Shown: positions 47,927-58,807 of the stretch, in pieces
Numbering within the stretch: position 1 is the first letter of the stretch
How the letters are laid out: each line of letters begins with the position of its first letter
Assembly: GCA_964453925.1 (NCBI GenBank)
Contig: CAYVPV010000001.1
Span: 46,524-110,523 of the forward strand
Reading direction: 5' to 3'
Source of the DNA: an uncultured Muribaculaceae bacterium
GTDB lineage: Bacteria > Bacillota_I > Bacilli_A > RF39 > UBA660
DNA length: 64,000 nucleotides
Position numbers and translations under genes: made by a program
Notes under the pieces: generated by a model
What the model saw: only the letters and a program-made list of their open reading frames with translations
What the model was told of the DNA's origin: nothing
Databases searched by the model: none

Positions 47927-49669
47927 ATGGAGAAGATATCATATGATGTTATTTTAGATATTCAACGGAAAGTAAATATAGTAGATATTATATCTGAATA
48001 TCTTCCACTTGAACAAAAAGGTAAAAATTATTTTGCGATATGTCCTTTTCATGATGATCATAACCCTAGTATGAGTATATCTCCTGAAAAACAAATATAC
48101 ACGTGTTTTGTGTGTGGAGCGTCTGGAAACGTTTTTAACTTTGTTATGGAATATGAAAAAATAAGTTTTACTGAAGCTGTTGCTAAAGTAGCCTTAAAAG
48201 CTGGAATGGCTTTAAATGTTTCTAAAGTTAATTCAAAAAAGAAAATTGATGATAAATATGAAAAATATTATAAAATGTTTGATGTGGTTAATAAATATTA
48301 TCAAAATAACATAAAAAGTGTATATGGTAAAAGCGCGGTAGAATATTTAAATAAAAGAAGTATAACAGATGATATTATAAAAGAATTTGAAATTGGTCTT
48401 TCAATGAACGATAATAATATAAATAAATTATTATCCAACAAAGGATATGATATTAATGAACTTATAGATATTGGGTTGTGTGGAAAAAAAGACAAATTTA
48501 TATATGATACTTTTAGAAACAGGATTATGTTTCCTTTATATAATCTAACTGGACAAGTTATTGGTTTTTCTGGAAGAATATATAATGGCGAAGATGAAAG
48601 CAAATACATAAATTCTAAGGAATCGGTGATATTTAAAAAAGGTATGTTGCTTTATAACTATCATCGGGCACTAAATCATGCAAGGGAAAAACATCAGATA
48701 ATTGTTGTAGAAGGTTTTATGGATGTAATAAGACTTTCTACCATTGGTATAAAAAACGTGGTTGCAACAATGGGTACTGCCATTACAAAAGAACATGCTA
48801 GATTAATAATGAAATTATCAAAGAACGTGGTTTTATGTTTTGATGGGGATAAAGCCGGTGAAAAAGCAACTATAAGTGCAATAGATGCGTTAGAAAAAAT
48901 TGGAATAGAACCTAAAATAATGCGTTTAGAAAATAATTTAGATCCAGACGATTATATTATAAAAAAAGGTGCTGATGCTTTTTTAAATCATTTAAATAAC
49001 ACTATGAGTTCGGTGGTATTCAAACTTGATATAAATAAATCAAAAACTAACTTTAATGATTATAATGAAATATCAAGTTATTTAAAAAACATATCAAAAG
49101 AGTTAGAAAAAATAGATGATAAAGTAGTTTATGAACTTACTGTAAAAAAAATATCTAAAGAAACAGGCGTTGATGTAGAAACTATAAATAGCATGGTTTG
49201 TAAGATACCTAAAACAAAGATAAAAGTTATTAATAAAAGAAATGATCATGGCAAAAATAAATATGTAAAAGCCGAGGAATACTTAGTTTACTACATGCTT
49301 AAAAGTACGGATGCTATATTGCTTTATCAAAGTAGTGTTTCTTATTTAACTGATAAAAAATTATCGGTAATAGCAATGGAAATATTAGAATTTTATGAAC
49401 GAAATAAGTATATAAACGTAACTGATTTTACTTTGTTTTTAAAAGATAAAAAGGATTTAATAAATGAGGTCTTACGGATAGATGGTTTAAACCTTCCAGA
49501 TGAGATAAGCCTTGATACTATAAAAGATTATATCAAGACAATTGATACAGGAATATTAAAGCAGGAAATAGAAAAGATAAAAGCACAAATTGCGGTGGAA
49601 TCAAACGTAGCAAAAAAGGTGATTTTATTAGAAAAATTAAGGGTTTTAAAAAAGAGGGAGTGTAAATAA
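47927..49669 (+). CDS. dnaG: DNA primase
   Basis: Zinc-ribbon [30 protein letters not shown] and TOPRIM motifs EGFMDV and DGDKAG. Confidence 0.9.
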   Translation: MEKISYDVILDIQRKVNIVDIISEYLPLEQKGKNYFAICPFHDDHNPSMSISPEKQIYTCFVCGASGNVFNFVMEYEKISFTEAVAKVALKAGMALNVSKVNSKKKIDDKYEKYYKMFDVVNKYYQNNIKSVYGKSAVEYLNKRSITDDIIKEFEIGLSMNDNNINKLLSNKGYDINELIDIGLCGKKDKFIYDTFRNRIMFPLYNLTGQVIGFSGRIYNGEDESKYINSKESVIFKKGMLLYNYHRALNHAREKHQIIVVEGFMDVIRLSTIGIKNVVATMGTAITKEHARLIMKLSKNVVLCFDGDKAGEKATISAIDALEKIGIEPKIMRLENNLDPDDYIIKKGADAFLNHLNNTMSSVVFKLDINKSKTNFNDYNEISSYLKNISKELEKIDDKVVYELTVKKISKETGVDVETINSMVCKIPKTKIKVINKRNDHGKNKYVKAEEYLVYYMLKSTDAILLYQSSVSYLTDKKLSVIAMEILEFYERNKYINVTDFTLFLKDKKDLINEVLRIDGLNLPDEISLDTIKDYIKTIDTGILKQEIEKIKAQIAVESNVAKKVILLEKLRVLKKRECK

Positions 49670-50757
49670 TGAAAGAGATTAAAACATTTGATGAAAGAAA
49701 AAAAGAATTATTAGAAAAAGGAAAGGAAAAAGGCGTATTAACTTATGAAGAATTAGCGGAAAATTTAAAAGGTTTGGAGTTGGATGCTGACTCTTTAGAT
49801 GAATTATATAATGCTTTTCATGATAATAACATTGAAATAATATCTGAAAATTTTGAAGATGAAGAAGATTCGTCTGATGAGGGTGATGCCTTAGTAATAG
49901 AAGATGTATCGTTACCTAAAAACGCAAGTATAAATGATCCTGTTAGGATGTATTTAAAAGAAATTGGTAAGATAAGCTTACTTAGTTTAGAAGAAGAACT
50001 TGCTTTATCAAAAAGGGTAGAACAAGGAGATGAAGAAGCTAAAAGAATTCTTGCGGAGTCTAATTTAAGACTTGTTGTATCAATCGCTAAACGTTATGTT
50101 GGTAGGAATTTATCATTTCTAGATTTGATTCAAGAGGGTAATATTGGACTTATGAAAGCAGTAGATAAGTTTGATGCATCAAAGGGATATAAATTTTCTA
50201 CTTACGCAACATGGTGGATAAGACAAGCTATAACAAGGGCTATTGCGGATCAAGCTAAAACAATTCGTGTACCAGTTCATATGGTTGAAACAATTAATAA
50301 ATTAAAAAGAATTCAAAGACAATTAACGCTTGAGTTAAATAGAGAGCCTAGTGAAGAGGAACTTGCTAAAAAAATGGGAACAACCGAAGAAAAAGTAAGA
50401 GAAATATTTAAAATTTCCCAAGATCCGTTATCTTTAGAAACGCCAATAGGAGAAGAAGATGATTCCCACTTAGGTGATTTCCTTAAGGATGAAAGTTCAA
50501 TGAGTCCAGAAGAATACGCGATAAATGAAGTATTAAAAGATGAAATAGAAGAGGTACTATGCACTCTTACCCCTCGTGAAGAAGAAGTGTTAAAATTACG
50601 CTTTGGTCTTCATGGTGGAACTTGTCATACTTTAGAAGAGGTTGGTAATATGTTTGGTGTAACCCGTGAAAGAATAAGACAAATTGAGGCAAAAGCGTTA
50701 AGAAAATTAAGACATCCCTCAAGATCAAGAAAATTAAAGGATTATTTAAGTGACTAA
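49669..50757 (+). CDS. rpoD: primary sigma factor RpoD/SigA
   Basis: [18 protein letters not shown], the [14 protein letters not shown] region 2 and the region 4.2 sequence [30 protein letters not shown]. Confidence 0.95.
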   Translation: MKEIKTFDERKKELLEKGKEKGVLTYEELAENLKGLELDADSLDELYNAFHDNNIEIISENFEDEEDSSDEGDALVIEDVSLPKNASINDPVRMYLKEIGKISLLSLEEELALSKRVEQGDEEAKRILAESNLRLVVSIAKRYVGRNLSFLDLIQEGNIGLMKAVDKFDASKGYKFSTYATWWIRQAITRAIADQAKTIRVPVHMVETINKLKRIQRQLTLELNREPSEEELAKKMGTTEEKVREIFKISQDPLSLETPIGEEDDSHLGDFLKDESSMSPEEYAINEVLKDEIEEVLCTLTPREEEVLKLRFGLHGGTCHTLEEVGNMFGVTRERIRQIEAKALRKLRHPSRSRKLKDYLSD

Positions 50758-51439
50758 TATAAAATTATCCAAAAGATTAAACTGCATCGCAGATATGGTT
50801 GACCAAAACGCTGTTTTAGCGGATATAGGATGTGATCATGCTCTTCTTGATATTTATTTATCAAAAAATAAAATAGTAAAAAAATCAATTGCTTGCGATA
50901 TTACAATAGGTGCATTAAATCAAGCAAGAAAAAATATCGCGATTAATAAAATAACTAATATTGAAACAAGACTGGGTGACGGGCTAGATGTAATTAATAA
51001 AAATGATAAGGTCACTACCATAGTTATGTCTGGTTTAGGAAATGGAAAAATAATTAGTATATTAAATAATAATGTCAATAAATTACAAACAATTGATTAT
51101 ATTATAATACAGTCTAATACAGGTATTAGCAAAATAAGAAAGTACGTAACATCTATTGGGTATTACATAACAGATGAAATATTAGTTAAAGAAAGAAATA
51201 TTATTTATACTATTATAAAGTTTAAAAAAGGTAAAAAAAGGTATAGTTCTAAAGAACTATTTTATGGACCTATACTACTTAATAATAAAGATAAACTTTT
51301 TGATGAATTACTTAATAGTATGATTGATAAAAATAAACATATTATTGATAAGTTACCAAATTCCAAATTCTTGAAAAAAATTAAATTAAGAATAAATAAT
51401 TATAAAATGAAGAAGATGCTTATTTGCAATAGCAATTAA
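50750..51439 (+). CDS. trmK: tRNA (adenine22-N1)-methyltransferase TrmK (YqfN-like)
   Basis: [12 protein letters not shown]...[11 protein letters not shown]. Its position after sigA matches Bacillus. The GTG start is tentative. Confidence 0.7.
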   Translation: MTNIKLSKRLNCIADMVDQNAVLADIGCDHALLDIYLSKNKIVKKSIACDITIGALNQARKNIAINKITNIETRLGDGLDVINKNDKVTTIVMSGLGNGKIISILNNNVNKLQTIDYIIIQSNTGISKIRKYVTSIGYYITDEILVKERNIIYTIIKFKKGKKRYSSKELFYGPILLNNKDKLFDELLNSMIDKNKHIIDKLPNSKFLKKIKLRINNYKMKKMLICNSN

Positions 51440-51636
51440 AAAAGCAGCCAATAATTAAAAACAAGTAGGAATTAATTTTGTCAAGCATTTAAAAATTGTT
51501 ATTTAAATAACGCTATGATAGATAGTGATGAAACAAAATTCAATCAAAGGTTGTATAGTATAATTTTTAAACAAATTTGATGCTAAAATAATAAAAAAAC
51601 TTAACAAAAGTATTTAACTTTTAGTTAGGTTTTTTA

Positions 51637-52044
51637 TTATAGAAAAAAGGTAGGCTCTGGAACTTCTTCTACGGTATTAGAAGTTTCTTGAGTTAAATTG
51701 GTTTGAGTATTTCCATTATTGTTTGTTGATACTTCATTGTTTGAATTATTACCGTTGATTCCTATTTTAGAAAATTCTTTTCCGATTCGCCCCAATGCTC
51801 TAATGTTTTTGAAAACTGGTTTAACTTGATAATAAAGTGGTATTGCTTGATTTACGACATTAAGAGTTTTTTGGGTGTTGGATAGTATAGATCCCCAATT
51901 AATTTTATTAAATAATGAAGTCCCCGCCGCCTTAGCCGCGCTTAATCCAGTACCTAAATTACTTGCGTTTGCAAGGGTATTTGCCACTGGTGCAGCAGTT
52001 TGCATACCCATGCTTGGCATCATATAAGGAAATCCTGTGTACAT
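51637..52044 (-). CDS. VrrA/YqfQ-like protein
   Basis: Met/Pro-rich N-terminus and the segment ILSNTQKTLNVVNQAIPLYYQVKPVFKNIRAL, which resembles the YqfQ conserved core. Synteny with trmK supports the call. Confidence 0.4.
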   Translation of the reverse strand: MYTGFPYMMPSMGMQTAAPVANTLANASNLGTGLSAAKAAGTSLFNKINWGSILSNTQKTLNVVNQAIPLYYQVKPVFKNIRALGRIGKEFSKIGINGNNSNNEVSTNNNGNTQTNLTQETSNTVEEVPEPTFFL

Positions 52045-52174
52045 AACATCACCTCTTGTTATAGTATATGCAAGCTTTTAAAATGGTTTAATTAAAGTAT
52101 TAAAATAAACATTTATGTGTTTAAAAAAAGTTAAATGTATGATATAATGTTTTTATAGAATAGGAAGGTGTTTT

Positions 52175-53989
52175 ATGAATGCATTAGATATAATATTGTT
52201 ACCATTTGTTTTTATTTATAGAGGATTTATATCTGTTATATTGTTGCCTTATTATTTTGTTATAGGTATAGGTAATGTATTTGGTGGAGGTAATAAAAAA
52301 CAAAAAAACACAATACCTGAAATTAAACCTGGCGAAAAGGTAAAGGTTATTAAACAAACCAGGTCAGCTTATAGCACACCAAAAACGCCTCCAAAGGAAA
52401 CTGATCCAACCAAGATTGCCGAAACGAAACAAAAAGATACTTTAAGAAAACAAAAAGATTTTGAAAAACTTGTTGCAAAAGCAAGACAAGAAGAAGCAAA
52501 AAGAGTTAAGGAACAAGAAAGAATTAGAACTGAAAACGAAAAAAGAGAAAAAGAAAAACAAGCTAGATTATTGGAAAAACAAAAACGTGAAGAAGCGCTT
52601 GAAGCAGCTAAAGAAAAAAAAGAAGAAGAGCTAAAAGCAAAGGGTGAACCAGTAACTTTTGCTGATAAACTAAAAGCCTTTTATAAAAAACTTACTTATA
52701 ATAAAAAGGAAGAATTAGAATTAGAGGCAAAAAAGACTGTTTTAGATGAACAATTTAAAGATAAAGATAGCCAAACCTCTAGATTTACCAAACCATTATT
52801 ATTTGAATATACGGCTAGGAATACAAGCGGAGAAATTGAAAAAAGCACGATAGAAGCTTTATCAAGGGTTGATGTTCATTCTTTTTTAGAAGCTGAAGGT
52901 TATGAGGTCTATGAGATAACCGCTGCTAAAACTAAGATGAATATAAAAACTTACCATATGAAAAGGGCTAGATTAATATTTTATCTTTCTCAATTATCAG
53001 CCTATTTAAAATCTGGTATAGCGCTTGCTGACGCAGTTAAAATACTAGATGAACAAGCAAAAAAACTTAACGAAAAGAAAGCTTGGAGAGCGGTTTATTA
53101 TGATTTATCTATGGGCGATGTTTTATCTGTTGCAATGGAAAAAAGAAAAGATACGTTTCCAAGACTATTAATTAACATGATAAAAACTGCTGAAATGACT
53201 GGTAACTTGCCAGAAACATTAGATGATATGGTAGACTATTATTCTGAGTCAGAATCAACTAAAAAACAAATGAAATCAGCAATGATGTATCCAATGATTG
53301 TTACTATATTTGCTGCTGTTGTTGTAACCTTTATTTTAATGTGGGTAGTTCCACAATTTGTTGACATATATGCAGATTTAGGTAGTGATATACCAGGAAT
53401 CACAAAGTTTGTAATTGCGATTAGTGACTTTTTGAAAAATTATTTAATATTTATACTAATAGTGATAATAGTAATTGTCCTTTTATTTATATATTTATTT
53501 AAAAATGTTAAAGCATTTAGAAAGTCAATCCAACAATTTGCAATGCATTTACCTGTTTTTGGTAATATAATTATATATAATGAAGTTACTATTTTTGCTA
53601 AAACATTTGCTAATTTAATAAACCATAATGTGTTTATTACTGATTCAATGGACGTATTAAGTAAAATCACTGAAAATGAAATATATAAAAAACTAATATT
53701 TGATACTGCTAAAAATCTTACTAAAGGTGAAACTATCTCAAAAGCTTTTAAAGATCATTGGGCATTTCCTAATATAGCTTATCAAATGCTTATTACTGGT
53801 GAAAAAACCGGTAGATTAGGTTCTATGATGGAAAGGGTATCAAATTATTACCAGGAACAACACAGAACCATTATTAATCAAATGAAAGCATTAATTGAGC
53901 CAATAATGATTGTTACTTTAGCAGTGTTGGTTGGTGGAATATTACTTGCCGTAATTATTCCGATGTATGGTATGTATGATGCGTTATAG
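52175..53989 (+). CDS. pilC: type IV pilus / T2SS platform protein PilC (GspF family) with a ~190-aa N-terminal extension
   Basis: Two GspF repeats (LSQLSAYLKSGIAL..., FAKTFANLINHNVFI...) and three core TM segments. The N-terminus adds a hydrophobic hairpin plus a Lys/Glu-rich coiled-coil-like stretch. Confidence 0.8.
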   Translation: MNALDIILLPFVFIYRGFISVILLPYYFVIGIGNVFGGGNKKQKNTIPEIKPGEKVKVIKQTRSAYSTPKTPPKETDPTKIAETKQKDTLRKQKDFEKLVAKARQEEAKRVKEQERIRTENEKREKEKQARLLEKQKREEALEAAKEKKEEELKAKGEPVTFADKLKAFYKKLTYNKKEELELEAKKTVLDEQFKDKDSQTSRFTKPLLFEYTARNTSGEIEKSTIEALSRVDVHSFLEAEGYEVYEITAAKTKMNIKTYHMKRARLIFYLSQLSAYLKSGIALADAVKILDEQAKKLNEKKAWRAVYYDLSMGDVLSVAMEKRKDTFPRLLINMIKTAEMTGNLPETLDDMVDYYSESESTKKQMKSAMMYPMIVTIFAAVVVTFILMWVVPQFVDIYADLGSDIPGITKFVIAISDFLKNYLIFILIVIIVIVLLFIYLFKNVKAFRKSIQQFAMHLPVFGNIIIYNEVTIFAKTFANLINHNVFITDSMDVLSKITENEIYKKLIFDTAKNLTKGETISKAFKDHWAFPNIAYQMLITGEKTGRLGSMMERVSNYYQEQHRTIINQMKALIEPIMIVTLAVLVGGILLAVIIPMYGMYDAL

Positions 53990-54001
53990 AAAGGAGTAAC
54001 C

Positions 54002-54790
54002 ATGAGTTTAGAAGTCTTTAATGGAATTATGATATTTATAATTGGACTTATATTTGGATCTTTTTATAACGTGGTTGGATATAGATTACCTAATAATATG
54101 TCAATTGCTTTTCCTCCTTCACATTGTACCAATTGTAATCATAAATTAAAGTTTTACGAGCTAATACCTGTTATATCTTATATATTTCTTGGTGGAAAAT
54201 GTAAATCATGTAAAAAAAGTATATCTATTTTCTATCCTTTTTTTGAATTATTAACAGGAGTGTTGTTTTTATTATCTTATTTAGAGTTTGGGCTTAACTT
54301 TAAATTTATAATAGCAATTACTTTTATCTCGATATTAATTATAATTAGCATAAGTGATATTAAATACTATATAATTCCAGATGAAGTTTTAATTGTTGGT
54401 ACAATAATTATTTTGATTGAGTTTATTATCAACGTAATTATTAATGACATAGGCTTCTTCAATGGTATATTAATGCCATTATTAAATGGAGCAGGGGCAT
54501 TTGCGGTATTATATTTATTTAAAGTATTGGGTGATGCTTTGTTTCAAAAAGAAAGTTTAGGTGGTGGGGATATAAAGTTATTATTCTTTGTAGGATTAAC
54601 CATTGGTTTTGATATGTCGATAGTAACAATATTTATTGCTTCTTTTATAGCGCTTCCATTATCAATAATTAGTTTAATAAGATGTAATAATAATGTTTTG
54701 CCTTTCGGACCATATCTATCACTTGCTGCTACTATAATAATGCTTACCAGCTTAAATTTAAATACAATTTTGAATTTTTTTACCAAATAA
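54002..54790 (+). CDS. pilD: prepilin peptidase (A24 family, PilD/ComC)
   Basis: CTNCNHKLKFYELIPVISYIFLGGKCKSCKK zinc-binding motif, catalytic Asp context GGGDIKL, and multiple TM helices. Confidence 0.85.
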   Translation: MSLEVFNGIMIFIIGLIFGSFYNVVGYRLPNNMSIAFPPSHCTNCNHKLKFYELIPVISYIFLGGKCKSCKKSISIFYPFFELLTGVLFLLSYLEFGLNFKFIIAITFISILIIISISDIKYYIIPDEVLIVGTIIILIEFIINVIINDIGFFNGILMPLLNGAGAFAVLYLFKVLGDALFQKESLGGGDIKLLFFVGLTIGFDMSIVTIFIASFIALPLSIISLIRCNNNVLPFGPYLSLAATIIMLTSLNLNTILNFFTK

Positions 54791-54864
54791 AAACGTCTTT
54801 TTTAACATTTTTATTGTATTATTTATAATTTTATGTTAGTATACTTTATTAAAGGAAGCGTGAA

Positions 54865-55350
54865 ATGATGACTTTAAATGTTAAATATATAGACGATTCA
54901 ACAAAGGTACTTTTATCCAACTTTGATAAGAAAAGTACCACAACAATATATGATTACATTACTATAAAAAAATATAATATTGATAAGAAAAATCCGGAAA
55001 GTAAAGAACCTGTTGAACTTATGGTTAAGTCAGTTGGAATAGGTGAAAGAGGTGCATTGGAAAGTTTCGTAACAGAAATAGAAGATAATTTATATGATAA
55101 AGTTATTTCTGAAATTAATTTTGCATTACCTAAAAATGAAAAAGAAAAAACGTGGATTGAGATGAAAGGTGTATTTTTTGATGAAAAAGGATTGATGGTA
55201 CATGCAGAGTCATATTTTAGAAAGTTAATATCTTTAAAAAGTGTTGATAAAGATATATTGGAAATAAAAAATATTTTAAGTGCCTTATTTCTTAATGATA
55301 CCGAAAATCAAAGAGAGAGTAAAACTAAAAAGATAATAAATAAGAACTAA
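54865..55350 (+). CDS. hypothetical soluble protein within the pilus gene cluster
   Basis: 161-aa ORF between pilD and pilB. No TM segment and no recognised family. Confidence 0.45.
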   Translation: MMTLNVKYIDDSTKVLLSNFDKKSTTTIYDYITIKKYNIDKKNPESKEPVELMVKSVGIGERGALESFVTEIEDNLYDKVISEINFALPKNEKEKTWIEMKGVFFDEKGLMVHAESYFRKLISLKSVDKDILEIKNILSALFLNDTENQRESKTKKIINKN

Positions 55351-55372
55351 TAATTTTATATTAGTTCTTATT
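55341..55372. terminator. bidirectional terminator between convergent genes
   Basis: 11-bp stem aagaactaata/tattagttctt with A/T-rich flanks on both strands. Confidence 0.5.
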
Positions 55373-55374
55373 TA

Positions 55375-56682
55375 TTATATATCAATCATTTCCATGTCAT
55401 CTGTTGGAATATTAGGTGTAGATGTAGCGAGATTTTGATTAAAAATATCTTGAATAGGTTGAGTATTTTGATCTTTACCAGTTACTATTTTAACTGACTC
55501 ATCATCAAGTTCAACTAATCTTAAAATTTCTTCTATGGTTGTTATATTTTGCAATACTTTATTTAAACCATCTTGCAGAAGAGTAGTCGTATCACCTTGA
55601 TATACTAGTTTTCTTAATTCTTCTTTTGGTATACCATTTGAAATTGCATCTCTTATTTCTTGTGAAATTACTAATACTTCGTGAATAGCTATTCTTCCTT
55701 TATAACCGCCAACACATTCAGCACAACCTTCAGCGTAAGCAAGCTCGTTGATATCAACGCCCAGATTTGCTTTAATTAATTTTTTTTCGTATTCAATAGC
55801 AGGTCTTTTTTTCATACAATGAGGGCAAATTCTTCTAGCTAATTTTTGTGAAACTATACCATTTAATGAACTTGCAAGCAGGTATGTTTCAACATCCATA
55901 TCAGTTAAACGTTCAATTGTGTTAAGTGCGTTGTTGGTGTGTATTGTTGATAATACTAAGTGACCAGTAATAGATGCTCTAACGGCTATTTTTGCGGTTT
56001 CATCATCACGAATTTCACCTATCATTATTATGTCTGGGTCTTGACGCAAAATAGATCGTAATACTTCTGCAAAGGTAAGACCTATTTCACTATTAACTTG
56101 TATTTGATTTATGCCAGCTATATTCATTTCTACTGGATCTTCAACGGTAACTAAGTTAACTTGTGGTGTATTAAGAATCTGTAATAAAGAATAAACCGTA
56201 GTGGATTTACCTGAACCAGTGGCTCCGGTAACCAAAATTATTCCGTTTGGTTCCTTAATTAATTCCTTCATTTTTTCTAAGTTAGTAGGTGAGAAACCTA
56301 GGCTTTCTAATCCATTTAAAGACGCTGAATAATCCAGAATACGGATAACTATTTTTTCACCTTCGTTGGTAGGAAGTGACGAAACACGCATATCAAGATT
56401 AATATCTTTTATCGTTATTTTTATGGCACCATCTTGGGGTAATCTAGATTCGGTTATATCCATACCAGAGATAATTTTTAATCTTGCTATTAAATTCTTT
56501 TTGATGCTCTCAGGAATTGTTGTATAATCTATTAAAACTCCGTCTATTCGAAATCTTATCTTAATGGTTGTTTCAGTAGGGTCGAAGTGGATATCGCTAG
56601 CGCCAGCTTGTGCTGCTATATATATAATTTCGTTTACTATTTCAGTAATTGGTAATTTAGTAAAATCTATTTGTTTTAACAT
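55375..56682 (-). CDS. pilB: type IV pilus assembly ATPase (GspE/PilB family), short form without the N1 domain
   Basis: GATGSGKST Walker A, IMIGEIRD Walker B and the tetra-Cys motif CPHC...CAEC typical of the assembly ATPases rather than PilT. Confidence 0.85.
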   Translation of the reverse strand: MLKQIDFTKLPITEIVNEIIYIAAQAGASDIHFDPTETTIKIRFRIDGVLIDYTTIPESIKKNLIARLKIISGMDITESRLPQDGAIKITIKDINLDMRVSSLPTNEGEKIVIRILDYSASLNGLESLGFSPTNLEKMKELIKEPNGIILVTGATGSGKSTTVYSLLQILNTPQVNLVTVEDPVEMNIAGINQIQVNSEIGLTFAEVLRSILRQDPDIIMIGEIRDDETAKIAVRASITGHLVLSTIHTNNALNTIERLTDMDVETYLLASSLNGIVSQKLARRICPHCMKKRPAIEYEKKLIKANLGVDINELAYAEGCAECVGGYKGRIAIHEVLVISQEIRDAISNGIPKEELRKLVYQGDTTTLLQDGLNKVLQNITTIEEILRLVELDDESVKIVTGKDQNTQPIQDIFNQNLATSTPNIPTDDMEMIDI

Positions 56683-56805
56683 TCACAATCGCTCCCTTTA
56701 TTATTCTTTTTTACTCTTTAATAATTATATCTTTACTCTAGATTTTATTATGATAATATTATATAATATATTTTAGAAGATATCAATAAAGAAAAGGTGA
56801 TAAAA

Positions 56806-57321
56806 ATGAAAAAGAGTAATAAAGGGTTCTTTTTAGCAGAAACAATCGTTGTAATAGCACTAGTCACAACTGTTATGGCTTTTGTCTATCCAAATGTTAC
56901 TAAATTATATGATAATTATAAAAATAGGACTAAGTTTTATGATCAGACGGAAGATTTATACACTTTAAAAGCTGCTTACAAATATTTAATTAATGAAAAA
57001 GCTGATTTGATTAGTAATCCTACAACAGATACTAACGGTGTGGGATGTAAAAATATATCAAGTCTAAATAACGGAAGAATAACAGATAGTGTATTATCAT
57101 ATTTAAATATTGATGAATTATACATTGTAAGTTATATGGCAAGTCCTTCCTCTGATAATTACAACTTTAATAAGTATCTTAAAAGACTAAAGAAAACTAC
57201 ATATGATAGTGGTTCATACAGATTAATTGGTTTATTTAAAGAAGACGCAGAAGAAAGATATGCCTCTATTAAAATAGAAAACCCTAACCCAGTTAGAGGT
57301 TGTAATTTAGGAGGAAATTAA
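56806..57321 (+). CDS. type IV pilin-like protein
   Basis: RBS aaaggtga upstream. MKKSNKG|FFLAETIVVIALV is a prepilin motif with Glu5. Confidence 0.65.
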   Translation: MKKSNKGFFLAETIVVIALVTTVMAFVYPNVTKLYDNYKNRTKFYDQTEDLYTLKAAYKYLINEKADLISNPTTDTNGVGCKNISSLNNGRITDSVLSYLNIDELYIVSYMASPSSDNYNFNKYLKRLKKTTYDSGSYRLIGLFKEDAEERYASIKIENPNPVRGCNLGGN

Positions 57322-57322
57322 A

Positions 57323-57796
57323 ATGAAAAAATTAAGTAATAAAGGTCTAACTTTAGTAGAACTTATTGTTAGTTTTGCAATAGTGGGCGTTGCTATAATA
57401 TATTTCTTTCAAACTTTGTATACGGTAAAGAACGTATATAATGTTTCCAGGGACGAAACACAAGCTTTTGCAGATAAAAATTATGTATTAAGAATATTAA
57501 ATGCTTATCTTGACGAGTATGACGAGTTACCTGAAAATTTTTGTGCATATTATGATTTAGAATGTCATAATATTGTTAATTCTGGCCTTATTTCTGGAAC
57601 AAATATAAATTTTTATTTGGTAACAATGCTTGATGGTACAGAATTTAATTTTTATAAATACAAAGAAGAGAATGATATTTCAAATGGAACGCCTAGTGAC
57701 ACGGAAGATTACGTTGAAGATGGTATATTAGAAGAAAATAATAGTGATGATATTTACTTTGACGATGATGAAGAATTATTTGAAGAAGACCAATAA
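57323..57796 (+). CDS. type IV pilin-like protein with an acidic C-terminal tail
   Basis: MKKLSNKG|LTLVELIVSFAIV is a prepilin motif with Glu5. The C-terminus reads DDIYFDDDEELFEEDQ. Confidence 0.7.
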   Translation: MKKLSNKGLTLVELIVSFAIVGVAIIYFFQTLYTVKNVYNVSRDETQAFADKNYVLRILNAYLDEYDELPENFCAYYDLECHNIVNSGLISGTNINFYLVTMLDGTEFNFYKYKEENDISNGTPSDTEDYVEDGILEENNSDDIYFDDDEELFEEDQ

Positions 57797-57803
57797 TAAC
57801 CAC

Positions 57804-58688
57804 TTAAAATAATCTAAATATAAGGTATTTTAAATATCTTATATTTTTGTTTTGAAACATTCCAATACTTTGCATTTGAATACATAACCCTCCAAAATTT
57901 AAAAAGTAGTAGCAAAGGATAAACTTTATTACATTGTTAAATGAGGTGTTAGATAACCTAATAATTCCACCAGTCATTTCAAGTAGGCCACCAATTATTA
58001 TTTCTAAAGTTTTGGGAAGATTAAATATGTTTCCAATTAATGTTATTAAAATACTAAACATTATGATTATTCCAAATATTAATAGCAAAGCGTTCATTGA
58101 TGATTTTATTGAAGTTGTTATGGAGTTTATTAAATTAGTATTATTAAACTCTGCTTTTTTTATATTTTTATTATCTATTTTTCTTTTGTTTAAAAACGCT
58201 TTTATAAAGTTACTTATCCATATTAATAAAAGTAGTAAAAGACCTATTTTAGAATCATTAAATACATATATCCCAACACCTCCAATTACAAATAAAGGAT
58301 TTATAAAGTGAGTAGTATAAAAAAGCGTTTCAGCTTCTTTTTCATCTATGATTTTTTTTTCTAAAAAATCATTTATATAAAGTGCGTTGCTGGGTGTACC
58401 AACAAACATGGACGTTATAAAAATTCCCGTCATAACATCGTTAAAATTAAATAATTTTTTAAATATTGTTTTAATAAAACTAGGTATTATAATATGAACG
58501 TTTTGTTTAATTAAAATATTTCCTACTACCATTGTAGGAAAAAGCGAAGGGAAAACTTTTGTTATAAACATTACCATGGAAGATTTTACGCTATCAATTA
58601 CTAGATGAGAATTAAGCAAAATTAAAAGTTCAAGAAAAACAAATACATAAATTATAAGTAAATCTTTTTTTGAAGTCATAAAAACCAC
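57804..58688 (-). CDS. YlbJ-like integral membrane protein (nucleoside-recognition/Gate domain family)
   Basis: Polytopic membrane protein. The N-terminal region FITKVFPSLFPTMVVGNILI resembles sporulation membrane protein YlbJ. Confidence 0.4.
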   Translation of the reverse strand: MVFMTSKKDLLIIYVFVFLELLILLNSHLVIDSVKSSMVMFITKVFPSLFPTMVVGNILIKQNVHIIIPSFIKTIFKKLFNFNDVMTGIFITSMFVGTPSNALYINDFLEKKIIDEKEAETLFYTTHFINPLFVIGGVGIYVFNDSKIGLLLLLLIWISNFIKAFLNKRKIDNKNIKKAEFNNTNLINSITTSIKSSMNALLLIFGIIIMFSILITLIGNIFNLPKTLEIIIGGLLEMTGGIIRLSNTSFNNVIKFILCYYFLNFGGLCIQMQSIGMFQNKNIRYLKYLIFRLF

Positions 58689-58807
58689 CTATTTAAGGAT
58701 ATGTTTTTTTAAAATTTATTAGTATTTATTTGAAAAAAATGTTTTTTGATAAGTCTTTCGTGGCTTTTTTATATTTTTTATTATATAATTATAAATAGGT
58801 GATTAAA

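Noticed and set aside
52400-52700. Apparent repetitiveness (aaagaa/gaaaaa) in the 5' part of pilC, considered as a DNA tandem repeat
   Set aside because: It is low-complexity coding sequence for a Lys/Glu-rich segment. I could find no fixed repeat unit.
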